Part shown: positions 1-6,805 of the stretch, piece after piece
How positions within the stretch are numbered: position 1 is the first letter of the stretch
Layout of the letters: the number at the start of each line of letters is the position of its first letter
IMG/VR virus record: IMGVR_UViG_3300005764_000058
Span: 1-30,085 of that record
Origin: a virus
Lineage: Duplodnaviria; Caudoviricetes
Length of the DNA stretch: 30,085 nt
Reading direction: 5' to 3' (one strand)
The notes under the pieces: generated by a model
Told to the model about the DNA's origin: nothing
Database searches by the model: none
The model's input: only the letters and a program-made list of their open reading frames with translations
Position numbers and translations under genes: made by a program

Positions 1-232
1 TGCAATTGCCGATTGACCCGTCGCTGAGCTTGCAGCTAAGCGTCGTGACCGTCGCGCCCATCGCCAGATTGTCGGTGATCGCGATGTCCGGCGGCGTCAG
101 CGGATGTGGCAAGATATCTATAATTGCCAGGCCGCCGGCAACTCGTGTGCCGCCCCGCAGCAATGCCCACGCTGAGCTTGCTACGACCAACGCCACGAGC
201 AAAACGGGCAGGATTAGAGGCCGCCCTCGCAT
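1..232 (-). CDS. Secreted protein (partial, runs off the left edge), similar in start to the 29239 appendage protein
   Basis: Hand translation, not in the ORF track: MRGRPLILPVLLVALVVASSAWA|LLRGGTRVAGGLAIIDILPHPLTPPDIAITDNLAMGATVTTLSCKLSDGSIGNC. Classical signal peptide with an AWA cleavage site. Confidence 0.75.
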   Translation of the reverse strand, partial: MRGRPLILPVLLVALVVASSAWALLRGGTRVAGGLAIIDILPHPLTPPDIAITDNLAMGATVTTLSCKLSDGSIGNC

Positions 233-317
233 CCTGCCCGATTAGCCGCGATCGGGCGCCGCGTCAAACAAATCGTCTCGCGCGACGACAAAATGCGGCG
301 AGCCGCCGAAGCGGGGT

Positions 318-515
318 TTATGCGGCTTCCAGGCCGCGGTCCATTTCCGCGGCGATCTTGTCTCTCATAGAAATCAGTTGCCAGTTATAACGTGCTAGCC
401 GCTCATGTGTGCGGCCTCTGCGGTTTAAGGGACGCTCTAGCGAGCGCTTTACGCTATCCTTCTCTGCATCAACCAGGGCAAGGAGCGTGGCAAGCTCATC
501 GAATGAAAATTGCAT
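318..515 (-). CDS. Hypothetical phage protein, 65 aa
   Basis: Start reassigned to MQFSFDEL because GGAGGATGAG lies directly upstream. Confidence 0.7.
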   Translation of the reverse strand: MQFSFDELATLLALVDAEKDSVKRSLERPLNRRGRTHERLARYNWQLISMRDKIAAEMDRGLEAA

Positions 516-556
516 CTCATCCTCCGCTATCGGGGGGTTGCTCAGGTTTGGGGCGG

Positions 557-736
557 CTAGGCCGCCCGCTCCATGTTCAGCGCCCACACGTGATCTTGCA
601 GGGCGGCTTTAAATTCATCATTCGAAAAGAATTCCCGAGCTAACTCGAATTTCGCTACCGCTTCTTTGTCACCCGCCGCGCTTGCCGCCGCGATCATCTG
701 GTTGAAGCCTTCGCGAATTTCGGTCTTGGTGGCCAT
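557..736 (-). CDS. Hypothetical phage protein, 59 aa
   Basis: MATKTEIREG..., with a purine-rich RBS (GAGGGAGAGAG) upstream. Confidence 0.75.
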   Translation of the reverse strand: MATKTEIREGFNQMIAAASAAGDKEAVAKFELAREFFSNDEFKAALQDHVWALNMERAA

Positions 737-750
737 CTGCTCTCTCCCTC

Positions 751-823
751 TTGACAAACATAAATATAAGCGCTATATCAGCCGTCGTTCAAGACAAAAA
801 TGTAAGCGCAAACGAATTTTTTT
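751..823 (+). promoter_or_regulatory. AT-rich divergent promoter region; putative sigma70 promoter and possible recombinase-binding (res-like) sites
   Basis: TTGACA (751-756), 17 nt spacer, TATATC (774-779). TAAGCGC occurs twice. Lies between divergent genes. Confidence 0.5.
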
Positions 824-1429
824 ATGCACGAGCCCGAAACCACAACGTCGGCGCAGCTTGTCGGATATGCCCGCGTCTCGACCGCAGATCAGAATCCGCA
901 GTTGCAATTCGATGCGCTCGCGCAAGCTGGCGTCGATCGTATCTACCACGAGAAGGCGAGCGCCGCTGCGAAGAAAAGGCGAGCGTTCAACCGGCTGATG
1001 AAAGAGCTTCGCCCGGGCGATGTCGTTACGGTCTGGAAGCTCGACCGGCTAGGGCGCACCTTGCGCCAGGTACTCGACACGATCGAGCGTATCAATTCGG
1101 CCGGCGCCCATCTCCGAATTCTCACACAGCAACTCGACACCTCGACCGCGATGGGTAAGTGCATGCTTGCGATGGTCGCAGCCTTCGCCGAGCTCGAGCG
1201 CGATCTCGCCATTGAGCGGACCCGCGCCGGCTTGGCCTCCGCTGCGTCTCAAGGGCGTCGAGGCGGTGCCCGGCAGCAATACGCAGAGTCGGATATCGAG
1301 CGTGCTGCGGCGGAATTTCGTGCCGGCGCGTCCTATAAGGAGCTTGCCGCGACGGTGCTGAGCCGCAAGGGTAAGCCTATCACCCCGACCCAACTAAAGA
1401 GGCGCATCGATGCCCGAAGTTCCGCCTGA
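824..1429 (+). CDS. Small serine recombinase (resolvase/invertase family)
   Basis: LVGYARVSTADQ catalytic Ser motif, VWKLDRLGR, AFAELERDLAIERTRAGL, GRRGG and a C-terminal HTH-like region; 201 aa. Confidence 0.95.
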   Translation: MHEPETTTSAQLVGYARVSTADQNPQLQFDALAQAGVDRIYHEKASAAAKKRRAFNRLMKELRPGDVVTVWKLDRLGRTLRQVLDTIERINSAGAHLRILTQQLDTSTAMGKCMLAMVAAFAELERDLAIERTRAGLASAASQGRRGGARQQYAESDIERAAAEFRAGASYKELAATVLSRKGKPITPTQLKRRIDARSSA

Positions 1430-1443
1430 GCAAACGACCGCCA

Positions 1444-2001
1444 ATGTGGGCGCCGCCTAAACACGTCTCCCGGATTCTCGCTGAGAATCATTACCTCGGG
1501 GCAATCGACCGTGGTGCCGCTTGGGTTGACGAGTTCGGTTGCATCGTTATTGCGCCGCCGACCTCGCGGCGCCTTCCGACGCACTGGCTCGAGCTGCAAC
1601 GCTGGTGCCTCCTTGGGATTGAGAAGAACGGCGGAAGCCGCCAATGGGCGGCCTTCGTGCGCGCACTGCGGCGGGCGCGGCCAGACGTGTCGACGATCGT
1701 TAGCTATTCCGATCCAAGCCAAGGCCACACCGGAGCGCTCTATCGCGCATGCAATTGGTTGTGGGCTCCGACATGGCTGCGGCTGCGGCCGCCGCCAACA
1801 GGCAATGGCTCATGGACGGCAGGCGATCAGCAGTCGATTAAGGATCGCTGGATTTTTCCACTACAGCCGGAACCGGGGCGCGTGGACATTTTGCGGGTGA
1901 ATGATGAGTCTATCTTGCGGCGATGGCCGTGGGCTGAATATCGAGAACCAGGCGGCGTCCCGTTTAAACGGTGGCGACAGGAGGGTGCGCGAAATGCCTG
2001 A
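1444..2001 (+). CDS. Mom-like (GNAT-fold) DNA adenine modification protein
   Basis: HYL, LELQRW, KNGGSR and IVSYSDPSQGHTGALYRACNW motifs typical of the Mu Mom family. Confidence 0.8.
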   Translation: MWAPPKHVSRILAENHYLGAIDRGAAWVDEFGCIVIAPPTSRRLPTHWLELQRWCLLGIEKNGGSRQWAAFVRALRRARPDVSTIVSYSDPSQGHTGALYRACNWLWAPTWLRLRPPPTGNGSWTAGDQQSIKDRWIFPLQPEPGRVDILRVNDESILRRWPWAEYREPGGVPFKRWRQEGARNA

Positions 2002-2227
2002 TGTGACACAGACGACCCCTTGGCGTCACCCCGACTTGGACGGCTGGGCCATCGTCGGGATGAACCATTACATCCACGATGATGAAATGTTCCTGTTCGT
2101 CGCCATGACGAGCGGCAATTACTGCATCAAAGCCGAGGGACCAGACGACGCGGCGATCTGGGCAGATTTGCGAGGTCAAGCACGCGCGCTGGACTCCCGA
2201 TTGGAGAGGGAAATGCGCCGTGCCTGA
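1994..2227 (+). CDS. Hypothetical phage protein, 77 aa
   Basis: MPDVTQTTPW...; GAGGG RBS; overlaps the stop of the preceding gene. Confidence 0.75.
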   Translation: MPDVTQTTPWRHPDLDGWAIVGMNHYIHDDEMFLFVAMTSGNYCIKAEGPDDAAIWADLRGQARALDSRLEREMRRA

Positions 2228-2402
2228 CAATACACAGACGACCCGAGAATCTCGTCTCGCTGACGCTCTTGATCGCATCGCGCGCTTCGCTGAAGCCTAT
2301 GAGCGGGTAACTAAAGAGCGGTCACACAAGCACGAGAATGTTGGCTCTGCGCTCTGTATTACGCTCGGCCATTATGCACAAAAGGTACTTCATGCCGACT
2401 GA
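2220..2402 (+). CDS. Hypothetical phage protein, 60 aa
   Basis: GTG start, GGAGAGGG RBS, overlaps both neighbours. Confidence 0.65.
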   Translation: MPDNTQTTRESRLADALDRIARFAEAYERVTKERSHKHENVGSALCITLGHYAQKVLHAD

Positions 2403-2634
2403 TGAAATGACCGAAAGCTGCACTTGTCTTGGTGGGCCAAAGGCGGACCATAATCCGGCATGCCCGCTTGCGGCGCTACAGTCGCAAGCGACCGCTCGGC
2501 CTTCTTCTCCCCTGGATTTTATTGCAGCCGAGCGCGAGCGATGCCTTGCGATCGTGCGGCGGCATCGTGAGCATGTGAGTCAGGGGCGCGATTGCGTTAT
2601 GGAAATCATTCGAGAAATCGAGAATGGCGAATGA
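2392..2634 (+). CDS. Hypothetical phage protein, 80 aa
   Basis: MPTDEMTESCTC...HNPACP; overlaps both neighbours. Confidence 0.6.
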   Translation: MPTDEMTESCTCLGGPKADHNPACPLAALQSQATARPSSPLDFIAAERERCLAIVRRHREHVSQGRDCVMEIIREIENGE

Positions 2635-2836
2635 CCACGAGACCGACCGCGAGTGCCGAAACTGCCGATATTTCGCGCCGCTATCGCCCGGGCACGCGGC
2701 AATCTGTTTCCATAAATGGAGGGATATCCCCTGGAACGCCGCGGTTCCGCTTACCGGCCCCCACGACACCTGCGAGGCATTCGATACCAAGAGCTGGCAA
2801 GCAATGATCGCGGAGTGCGGCGAGAAAGCGCCGTGA
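2624..2836 (+). CDS. Small Cys-rich (probably metal-binding) phage protein
   Basis: CRNCRYF...C...TCEAF four-Cys pattern; stop overlaps the rusA start (GTGA). Confidence 0.7.
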   Translation: MANDHETDRECRNCRYFAPLSPGHAAICFHKWRDIPWNAAVPLTGPHDTCEAFDTKSWQAMIAECGEKAP

Positions 2837-3303
2837 TCACGATAACCTTGCCAGGCGAGCCCGTCGCCTGGGCACGCAGCCGCGGCCGCTTCCATCATAT
2901 GCCGGCGCACCAACGCAACGTCGTCGCTCTCTTGCGGCTCAAAGCCGAGGCAACCATGAATGGTTGCGCCATGCTCGAGGGCGCGATACGACTCGAGTTT
3001 CTTGCCGTCTTCGGAATCCCCGAATCGTGGTCGAAGAAGAAGCGCGCCGCCGCAATGTACCGGGCGGTGACCAAGCGGCCCGATTTTGACAACCTCGCGA
3101 AACTCGCCTCAGACGCTCTCAACGGCGTCGTTTACAAAGATGACGCCCAGATCGCCGAGGCGAGCATTCGCAAGATCTACGGCCCGCAGCCTAAGATCGT
3201 CGTGACGATATCTCCGCTACAATCGCCGCGGTCAGAGCTCGCTCTGCGTCAATCCGACGCCGCGAGTGAGGGGCACGCACCCGAAGTTCGTCAACCAGCC
3301 TAG
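2833..3303 (+). CDS. rusA: RusA-family Holliday junction resolvase
   Basis: ITLPGEPV N-terminus and KRPDFDNLAKLASDALNGVVYKDDAQI catalytic motif; GTG start at 2833. Confidence 0.93.
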   Translation: MITITLPGEPVAWARSRGRFHHMPAHQRNVVALLRLKAEATMNGCAMLEGAIRLEFLAVFGIPESWSKKKRAAAMYRAVTKRPDFDNLAKLASDALNGVVYKDDAQIAEASIRKIYGPQPKIVVTISPLQSPRSELALRQSDAASEGHAPEVRQPA

Positions 3304-3349
3304 CAAGCTGCGCTTGGCGATCCCGCACCAATTGCTCGAGCGCCAGCAT
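3191..3349 (-). CDS. Hypothetical protein, 52 aa
   Basis: MLALEQLVRD...; TGATG coupling to the upstream minus-strand gene; overlaps the non-conserved tail of rusA. Confidence 0.5.
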   Translation of the reverse strand: MLALEQLVRDRQAQLARLVDELRVRAPHSRRRIDAERALTAAIVAEISSRRS

Positions 3350-3501
3350 CAGAACATCCCCGCCAGCTTGACGACGAGTCGGCTGACCTCCTGTATGATG
3401 TAGGCGCCCGCGCCAAAGTCCGAGCCGCCGGTCCCGGCAAACGCCGCACCCGACGTCAGCACAAAAGACGGCAGCACAAAAACCCCGATGATCGACTTCA
3501 T
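3349..3501 (-). CDS. Small exported/membrane peptide, 50 aa
   Basis: MKSIIGVFVLPSFVLTSGAAFA|GTGGSDFG...; AGGAGAG RBS. Confidence 0.65.
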   Translation of the reverse strand: MKSIIGVFVLPSFVLTSGAAFAGTGGSDFGAGAYIIQEVSRLVVKLAGMF

Positions 3502-3632
3502 TCTCTCTCTCCTGTCGCGGCACCATCGCCGCTCGGAGAGGCATAGCAACTATGGCGTCAGCAAATCGTCCCTACACTCGTCCAAAAGTCGTCCAATCGT
3601 AAGGGTCGTTTTAAAGCGCGCTGAGTGGGTCT

Positions 3633-3659
3633 AAAAAAAAGACGGGTCGAAACCCGTCT
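3633..3659 (-). terminator. Rho-independent terminator
   Basis: On the minus strand: AGACGGGT-TTCG-ACCCGTCT stem-loop followed by a T run, just downstream of the leftward small-gene operon. Confidence 0.85.
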
Positions 3660-3689
3660 CGCATCGTTACCCCCAATAGGCGCTTTTCT

Positions 3690-3785
3690 CTATTGACGAA
3701 AAAGCGCCCCCAACCACGCACATACCCAACCGGCCGGAAAGCCGAGCACAAAACCACCGACGACGCAGATTAGGAACAAGCTCAC
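3690..3785 (-). CDS. Micro membrane protein, 31 aa
   Basis: Hand translation MSLFLICVVGGFVLGFPAGWVCAWLGALFRQ; GTGA coupling. Confidence 0.55.
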   Translation of the reverse strand: MSLFLICVVGGFVLGFPAGWVCAWLGALFRQ

Positions 3786-3877
3786 GGCAGCAGCCCCATC
3801 AACGTCAGGTGCGCCGCCGCCGCCAGCCATGCCAGCAACCCCACCGCCAGCACCAGCTTGCCGATCCGCGCGATCAC
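3782..3877 (-). CDS. Micro membrane protein, 31 aa
   Basis: Hand translation MIARIGKLVLAVGLLAWLAAAAHLTLMGLLP; GTGA coupling at both ends. Confidence 0.6.
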   Translation of the reverse strand: MIARIGKLVLAVGLLAWLAAAAHLTLMGLLP

Positions 3878-4041
3878 GGTATCGCCCGGACCAACCACCC
3901 GACGCTGGCCGCCAAGCACACCCACATCAGGGCGCCAAGCCCCAGCGCGACCACGAACATCAGAACGATGTCGCGCTGCCGGGTCTGCGACCGCTTCAGC
4001 ATCAGTCGCCGAAGCTCGTAAACGGGATCATCCTCGGTCAT
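3874..4041 (-). CDS. Small membrane protein, 55 aa
   Basis: Hand translation MTEDDPVYELRRLMLKRSQTRQRDIVLMFVVALGLGALMWVCLAASVGWLVRAIP. Confidence 0.6.
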   Translation of the reverse strand: MTEDDPVYELRRLMLKRSQTRQRDIVLMFVVALGLGALMWVCLAASVGWLVRAIP

Positions 4042-4086
4042 GGCGGATCAGTCGAGAAACCATGCGCTCATCTCACCCTCCGTTGC

Positions 4087-4326
4087 TCAGTACACGACAT
4101 TGGCAAACATCACAGTGCAGCAGCGATAGGGCCGAAACTCCCACATATCGCCGTGCGAGTAGCTGCGGCCGCGTAACCCAGAAATCCCCATCGCCGCTTT
4201 CGCCCGCCGCATGATCGCCCTGCGGCCAGTGCCGTCCGGTATGTCCAATGTTGCGCGCCGGACCCAGCAGTAGTTCGCCTCGCCGCCAAACGTGTCGGTG
4301 TACTCGACCGCGATCTGATACGTCAT
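4087..4326 (-). CDS. Hypothetical phage protein, 79 aa
   Basis: Strong RBS within the repeat; TDTFGGEANYCWV motif, recalled from other small phage proteins. Confidence 0.85.
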   Translation of the reverse strand: MTYQIAVEYTDTFGGEANYCWVRRATLDIPDGTGRRAIMRRAKAAMGISGLRGRSYSHGDMWEFRPYRCCTVMFANVVY

Positions 4327-4356
4327 CTCACCCTCCGTTGCTCACCAACCCAATCC

Positions 4357-4608
4357 TCAGTCTTCTGGTTCGGCATACGCGCTTTCGATCCGGTCACCGC
4401 AATGCACGCAATACAGCTCCGAATCTTCCCAATTAATCTCGCTGCTGATAATGCGCCAATCATCGTTTGGCGCGTCAGTGTGAACCGGCGCGTCCGAATT
4501 TGCGCATTTAACGCACAATGTCTCGCCGTCTGCCATAATCTCGAAAATCGGATAGCCACCAGGCCAAGCGTAGGCGCTGAATTTGCCGTCGTCGTCGTAT
4601 GCAATCAT
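4357..4608 (-). CDS. Hypothetical zinc-binding phage protein, 83 aa
   Basis: YAWPGGYP motif, two CxxC pairs (CVKC, CVHC), strong RBS. Confidence 0.85.
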   Translation of the reverse strand: MIAYDDDGKFSAYAWPGGYPIFEIMADGETLCVKCANSDAPVHTDAPNDDWRIISSEINWEDSELYCVHCGDRIESAYAEPED

Positions 4609-4635
4609 CTCACCCTCCTCGTTTCACCCGCGGGT

Positions 4636-4664
4636 AAGATAACCTTGACGTAACCAATGTCAAG
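4636..4664 (-). promoter_or_regulatory. Putative sigma70 promoter overlapped by an operator-like palindrome
   Basis: Minus strand TTGACA (4663-4658), 16 nt spacer, TATCTT (4641-4636). Inverted repeat CTTGAC-N9-GTCAAG at 4644-4664. Confidence 0.6.
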
Positions 4665-4691
4665 CGGAAATTGACAGACACCGCACCTGCG

Positions 4692-5033
4692 TCAGTCTGT
4701 CGCATCCTTTGGCCGACGCGCGTCCAGCGCCGCCTGCAACCCCTCGAGCAGTGCCGCCCCCATCGACTTGCGCGTCTCCAGATCCGCAAACTTCAACCCC
4801 GCCCGGATGTAAACCTCGAACAGCCTAACCTTCAGCGCTCGCTCGTGCAGGTCCGCTACATCCCACGGCACGCTCGCTAGCTCGTACATCGCTGGCATGT
4901 TCGCGCCAAACGTCGCCTCGATCTTCTGCATCGGAGGAAGTGCGTCAAACTCTGGTTGCGACAACCGCGGCTTGACCGCCGGCATCTGTGCTCGCTCGAG
5001 CGCTCGAGCCCGGTTGATCGGATTGCCGGCCAT
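4692..5033 (-). CDS. Hypothetical helical protein, 113 aa (weak small-terminase candidate)
   Basis: Clean ORF with protein-like composition; no motif recognised. Confidence 0.7.
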   Translation of the reverse strand: MAGNPINRARALERAQMPAVKPRLSQPEFDALPPMQKIEATFGANMPAMYELASVPWDVADLHERALKVRLFEVYIRAGLKFADLETRKSMGAALLEGLQAALDARRPKDATD

Positions 5034-5164
5034 TTATGAAATCATCACGCATACGCCCGCACGCATGCACTGACCGCTACGCCGGCCTGGCGCTTGCCGT
5101 CAAGCCTCGATTGCTTGGCACAAGATGTAGTGTTTCAAGGCTAGGCGACAAAACCACTCGATGC

Positions 5165-5177
5165 TAAGCCGTTGATA
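5165..5177 (-). promoter_or_regulatory. IHF consensus site
   Basis: TATCAACGGCTTA matches WATCAANNNNTTR. Confidence 0.55.
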
Positions 5178-5425
5178 TTGCGTGCGGTCGGATGTCGCAT
5201 AAGGGTAATTATGGAAAATCGGCCGGCAAATCGGCCCTTACGGTACGGGGAAAATTCTGGGCTCGGCTCTGGGTCGGTTGATTTCGCGACCCCCTTCGCA
5301 AACTGCGGCCACTTTGGGTTTTTCGGGCGAGCCTGGGGGAGGAAGCGCGCGCACAGAGAGGCCCGCGCAGCGAGAGCATCGAGCGGCAAGCGGAGCGGGC
5401 CTCGCGCGCGCGAGATGGCGGTAAG

Positions 5426-5480
5426 GAAAGAGCCTTTTTACTCCATACGGTTGTCCCTAGTTCCGTAAAAAGGCTCTTTC
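5426..5480. repeat. Perfect 16-bp inverted repeat
   Basis: GAAAGAGCCTTTTTAC (5426-5441) and GTAAAAAGGCTCTTTC (5465-5480), with a 23-nt spacer. Confidence 0.9.
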
Positions 5481-5530
5481 AGGAAAGGTAAGGATATAAA
5501 TCCGCGCGCGCGCGCGCGCAAGGGATGTGG

Positions 5531-6037
5531 TTAAGTCGTTGATTTGTCGTCGCGGGCCTTGTTTTCCGCCATTGTTTGGGGAGGAGTTCCAATTGCATCC
5601 AACACGCGCCGGTTGCGCTGGTCCCAGCGTTCGTCGGGGGGCAACTCGGTGGTTTGCGGGGGTCCGCCGAGTGGGGCGAGAAGGGTGCGGACGCGGGCGA
5701 GCTGCTGCGGGGTTGGCGGTAGTCGATCGACGGGTTCGCCGTGGGCTTGGCACGGCCACCATTTGCGGCAATTGCTGCAATAATTGAGGCAATACATATG
5801 CCAGGTCTGCTCGGCGAGGTTGCGGTTGTAGTGCCGGCCGCGGCGGTCGAGCGGGCAGGATGGCTGCCAGGAGCCTTGGAAGAAGCGGAACCAGCCGTAG
5901 TGGTAGGCGAACCAGTGGGCGAGATCGCGCGGGTCCCAGGCTTTGTATGGGATGCAGGGGCCGCCGAAGCCGTCGCCCAAGCCGTATTTGTGGGCGACGG
6001 CTTCGCGGTGGGCGAGGCTGGGAAAGCTGTCGGTCAC
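5531..6037 (-). CDS. Hypothetical protein, 168 aa, aromatic- and Cys-rich
   Basis: GTG start overlapping the upstream stop (GTGA); CLNYCSNC..WWPC..H cluster. Confidence 0.65.
   Translation of the reverse strand: MTDSFPSLAHREAVAHKYGLGDGFGGPCIPYKAWDPRDLAHWFAYHYGWFRFFQGSWQPSCPLDRRGRHYNRNLAEQTWHMYCLNYCSNCRKWWPCQAHGEPVDRLPPTPQQLARVRTLLAPLGGPPQTTELPPDERWDQRNRRVLDAIGTPPQTMAENKARDDKSTT
5532..5544 (-). promoter_or_regulatory. IHF consensus site
   Basis: AATCAACGACTTA matches WATCAANNNNTTR. Confidence 0.55.
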
Positions 6038-6309
6038 AACTCGAGCCCCGGCTTGGGGGCGGTGATCGGGAAGCGCCGGAAGGCGCGCTCGCGGGGCGAT
6101 TCGCCGGGTCTGGTGTCGGCGTCCCACGGGGGCTCGCCGGGGTCTTTGCGGGTTAGCGCCGGGCGTTTGCCGCGGGCGCGGTCGCGGGCGGCTTGCGGAG
6201 AGATGCCGACCAGGCGGGCGACGACTTTCCAGGGCAGCCGCATCGCGCGCAACTCTAGGATGCGCTCGCGGCTTGGCTTGACTTTTGCTTGCGATGATGT
6301 ATGTGACAT
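6034..6309 (-). CDS. Helix-turn-helix DNA-binding protein, 91 aa
   Basis: ILELRAMRLPWKVVARLVGISPQAARDR HTH pattern; GGAGG RBS before MSHTSS. Confidence 0.75.
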   Translation of the reverse strand: MSHTSSQAKVKPSRERILELRAMRLPWKVVARLVGISPQAARDRARGKRPALTRKDPGEPPWDADTRPGESPRERAFRRFPITAPKPGLEL

Positions 6310-6384
6310 GGGCTTGGTCCTCCATTTCCCCTGGACAGAGCAGCCGAGATTCCTTCGGCCACCCTCCGAAGGTTTCAACCCCAG

Positions 6385-6419
6385 AGAGCCCCGGAGTAGC
6401 GCCCGGGGCTCTTTGCGTT
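6385..6419 (+). terminator. GC-rich hairpin, possible terminator
   Basis: AGAGCCCCGG-N8-CCGGGGCTCT followed by TTGCGTT. Confidence 0.45.
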
Positions 6420-6506
6420 GGGGAGCAGGGATATGTGACGCCAATGTTACAAAGCCGTCAAGATGGTCGCCCGTGGGAGTTGGCCGAGGACGAATCGGCG
6501 GACACA

Positions 6507-6605
6507 ATGGTTAACTGTGACCCGGATGCGCAAAATCCGCTTGACGACGATGACGAAATCGGGGCGGAATGGGATGCGATGGCGGATTGGCCGCTGGAAG
6601 GATGA
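6507..6605 (+). CDS. Possible acidic micro-protein, 32 aa
   Basis: MVNCDPDAQNPLDDDDEIGAEWDAMADWPLEG; the stop overlaps the next in-frame ATG (ATGA). Confidence 0.35.
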   Translation: MVNCDPDAQNPLDDDDEIGAEWDAMADWPLEG

Positions 6606-6613
6606 GGATGGGG

Positions 6614-6805
6614 ATGACGGCTGCGGAGAAGATTGCGGCGATGAAGACTGAGGCTGATCAGATTGTTTTTAAGCTTGGCGGTTGGCTGAGCGTCGCAAAC
6701 CGTTTGCAAACAACCCCTGATAGCCTCAGAAGGGGTTTTACCAGCGTTGTCGGTTCCGAATCGGTGATGCTGCGGTTGCGACCACTTTTGGGAGAGCAGA
6801 AATGA
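6614..6805 (+). CDS. Hypothetical protein, possibly HTH-like (start could be 6602, 6608 or 6614)
   Basis: MTAAEKIAAMK...LGGWLSVANRLQTTPDSLRR; ATGA coupling to the next gene. Confidence 0.6.
   Translation: MTAAEKIAAMKTEADQIVFKLGGWLSVANRLQTTPDSLRRGFTSVVGSESVMLRLRPLLGEQK

Larger units (their letters stand above)
4068..4618 (-). repeat. Dispersed direct repeat forming stop+RBS+start linkers (TGAGCAACGGAGGGTGAGATGA)
   Basis: Exact 22-bp copies at 4068-4089 and 4323-4344, a 14-bp copy at 4605-4618, and a related copy at 513-526. Confidence 0.9.

Noticed and set aside
6-245. Plus-strand 79-aa ORF from the track
   Set aside because: The minus-strand frame encodes a convincing signal-peptide protein instead.
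4068-4618. 22-bp repeats as a CRISPR array or integron attC sites
   Set aside because: Spacing is gene-sized (over 230 bp), the repeats are non-palindromic RBS linkers, and no cas or integron integrase gene is present.
5741-6514. 257-aa plus-strand ORF
   Set aside because: Antisense to two coupled minus-strand genes that have an RBS and an HTH motif.
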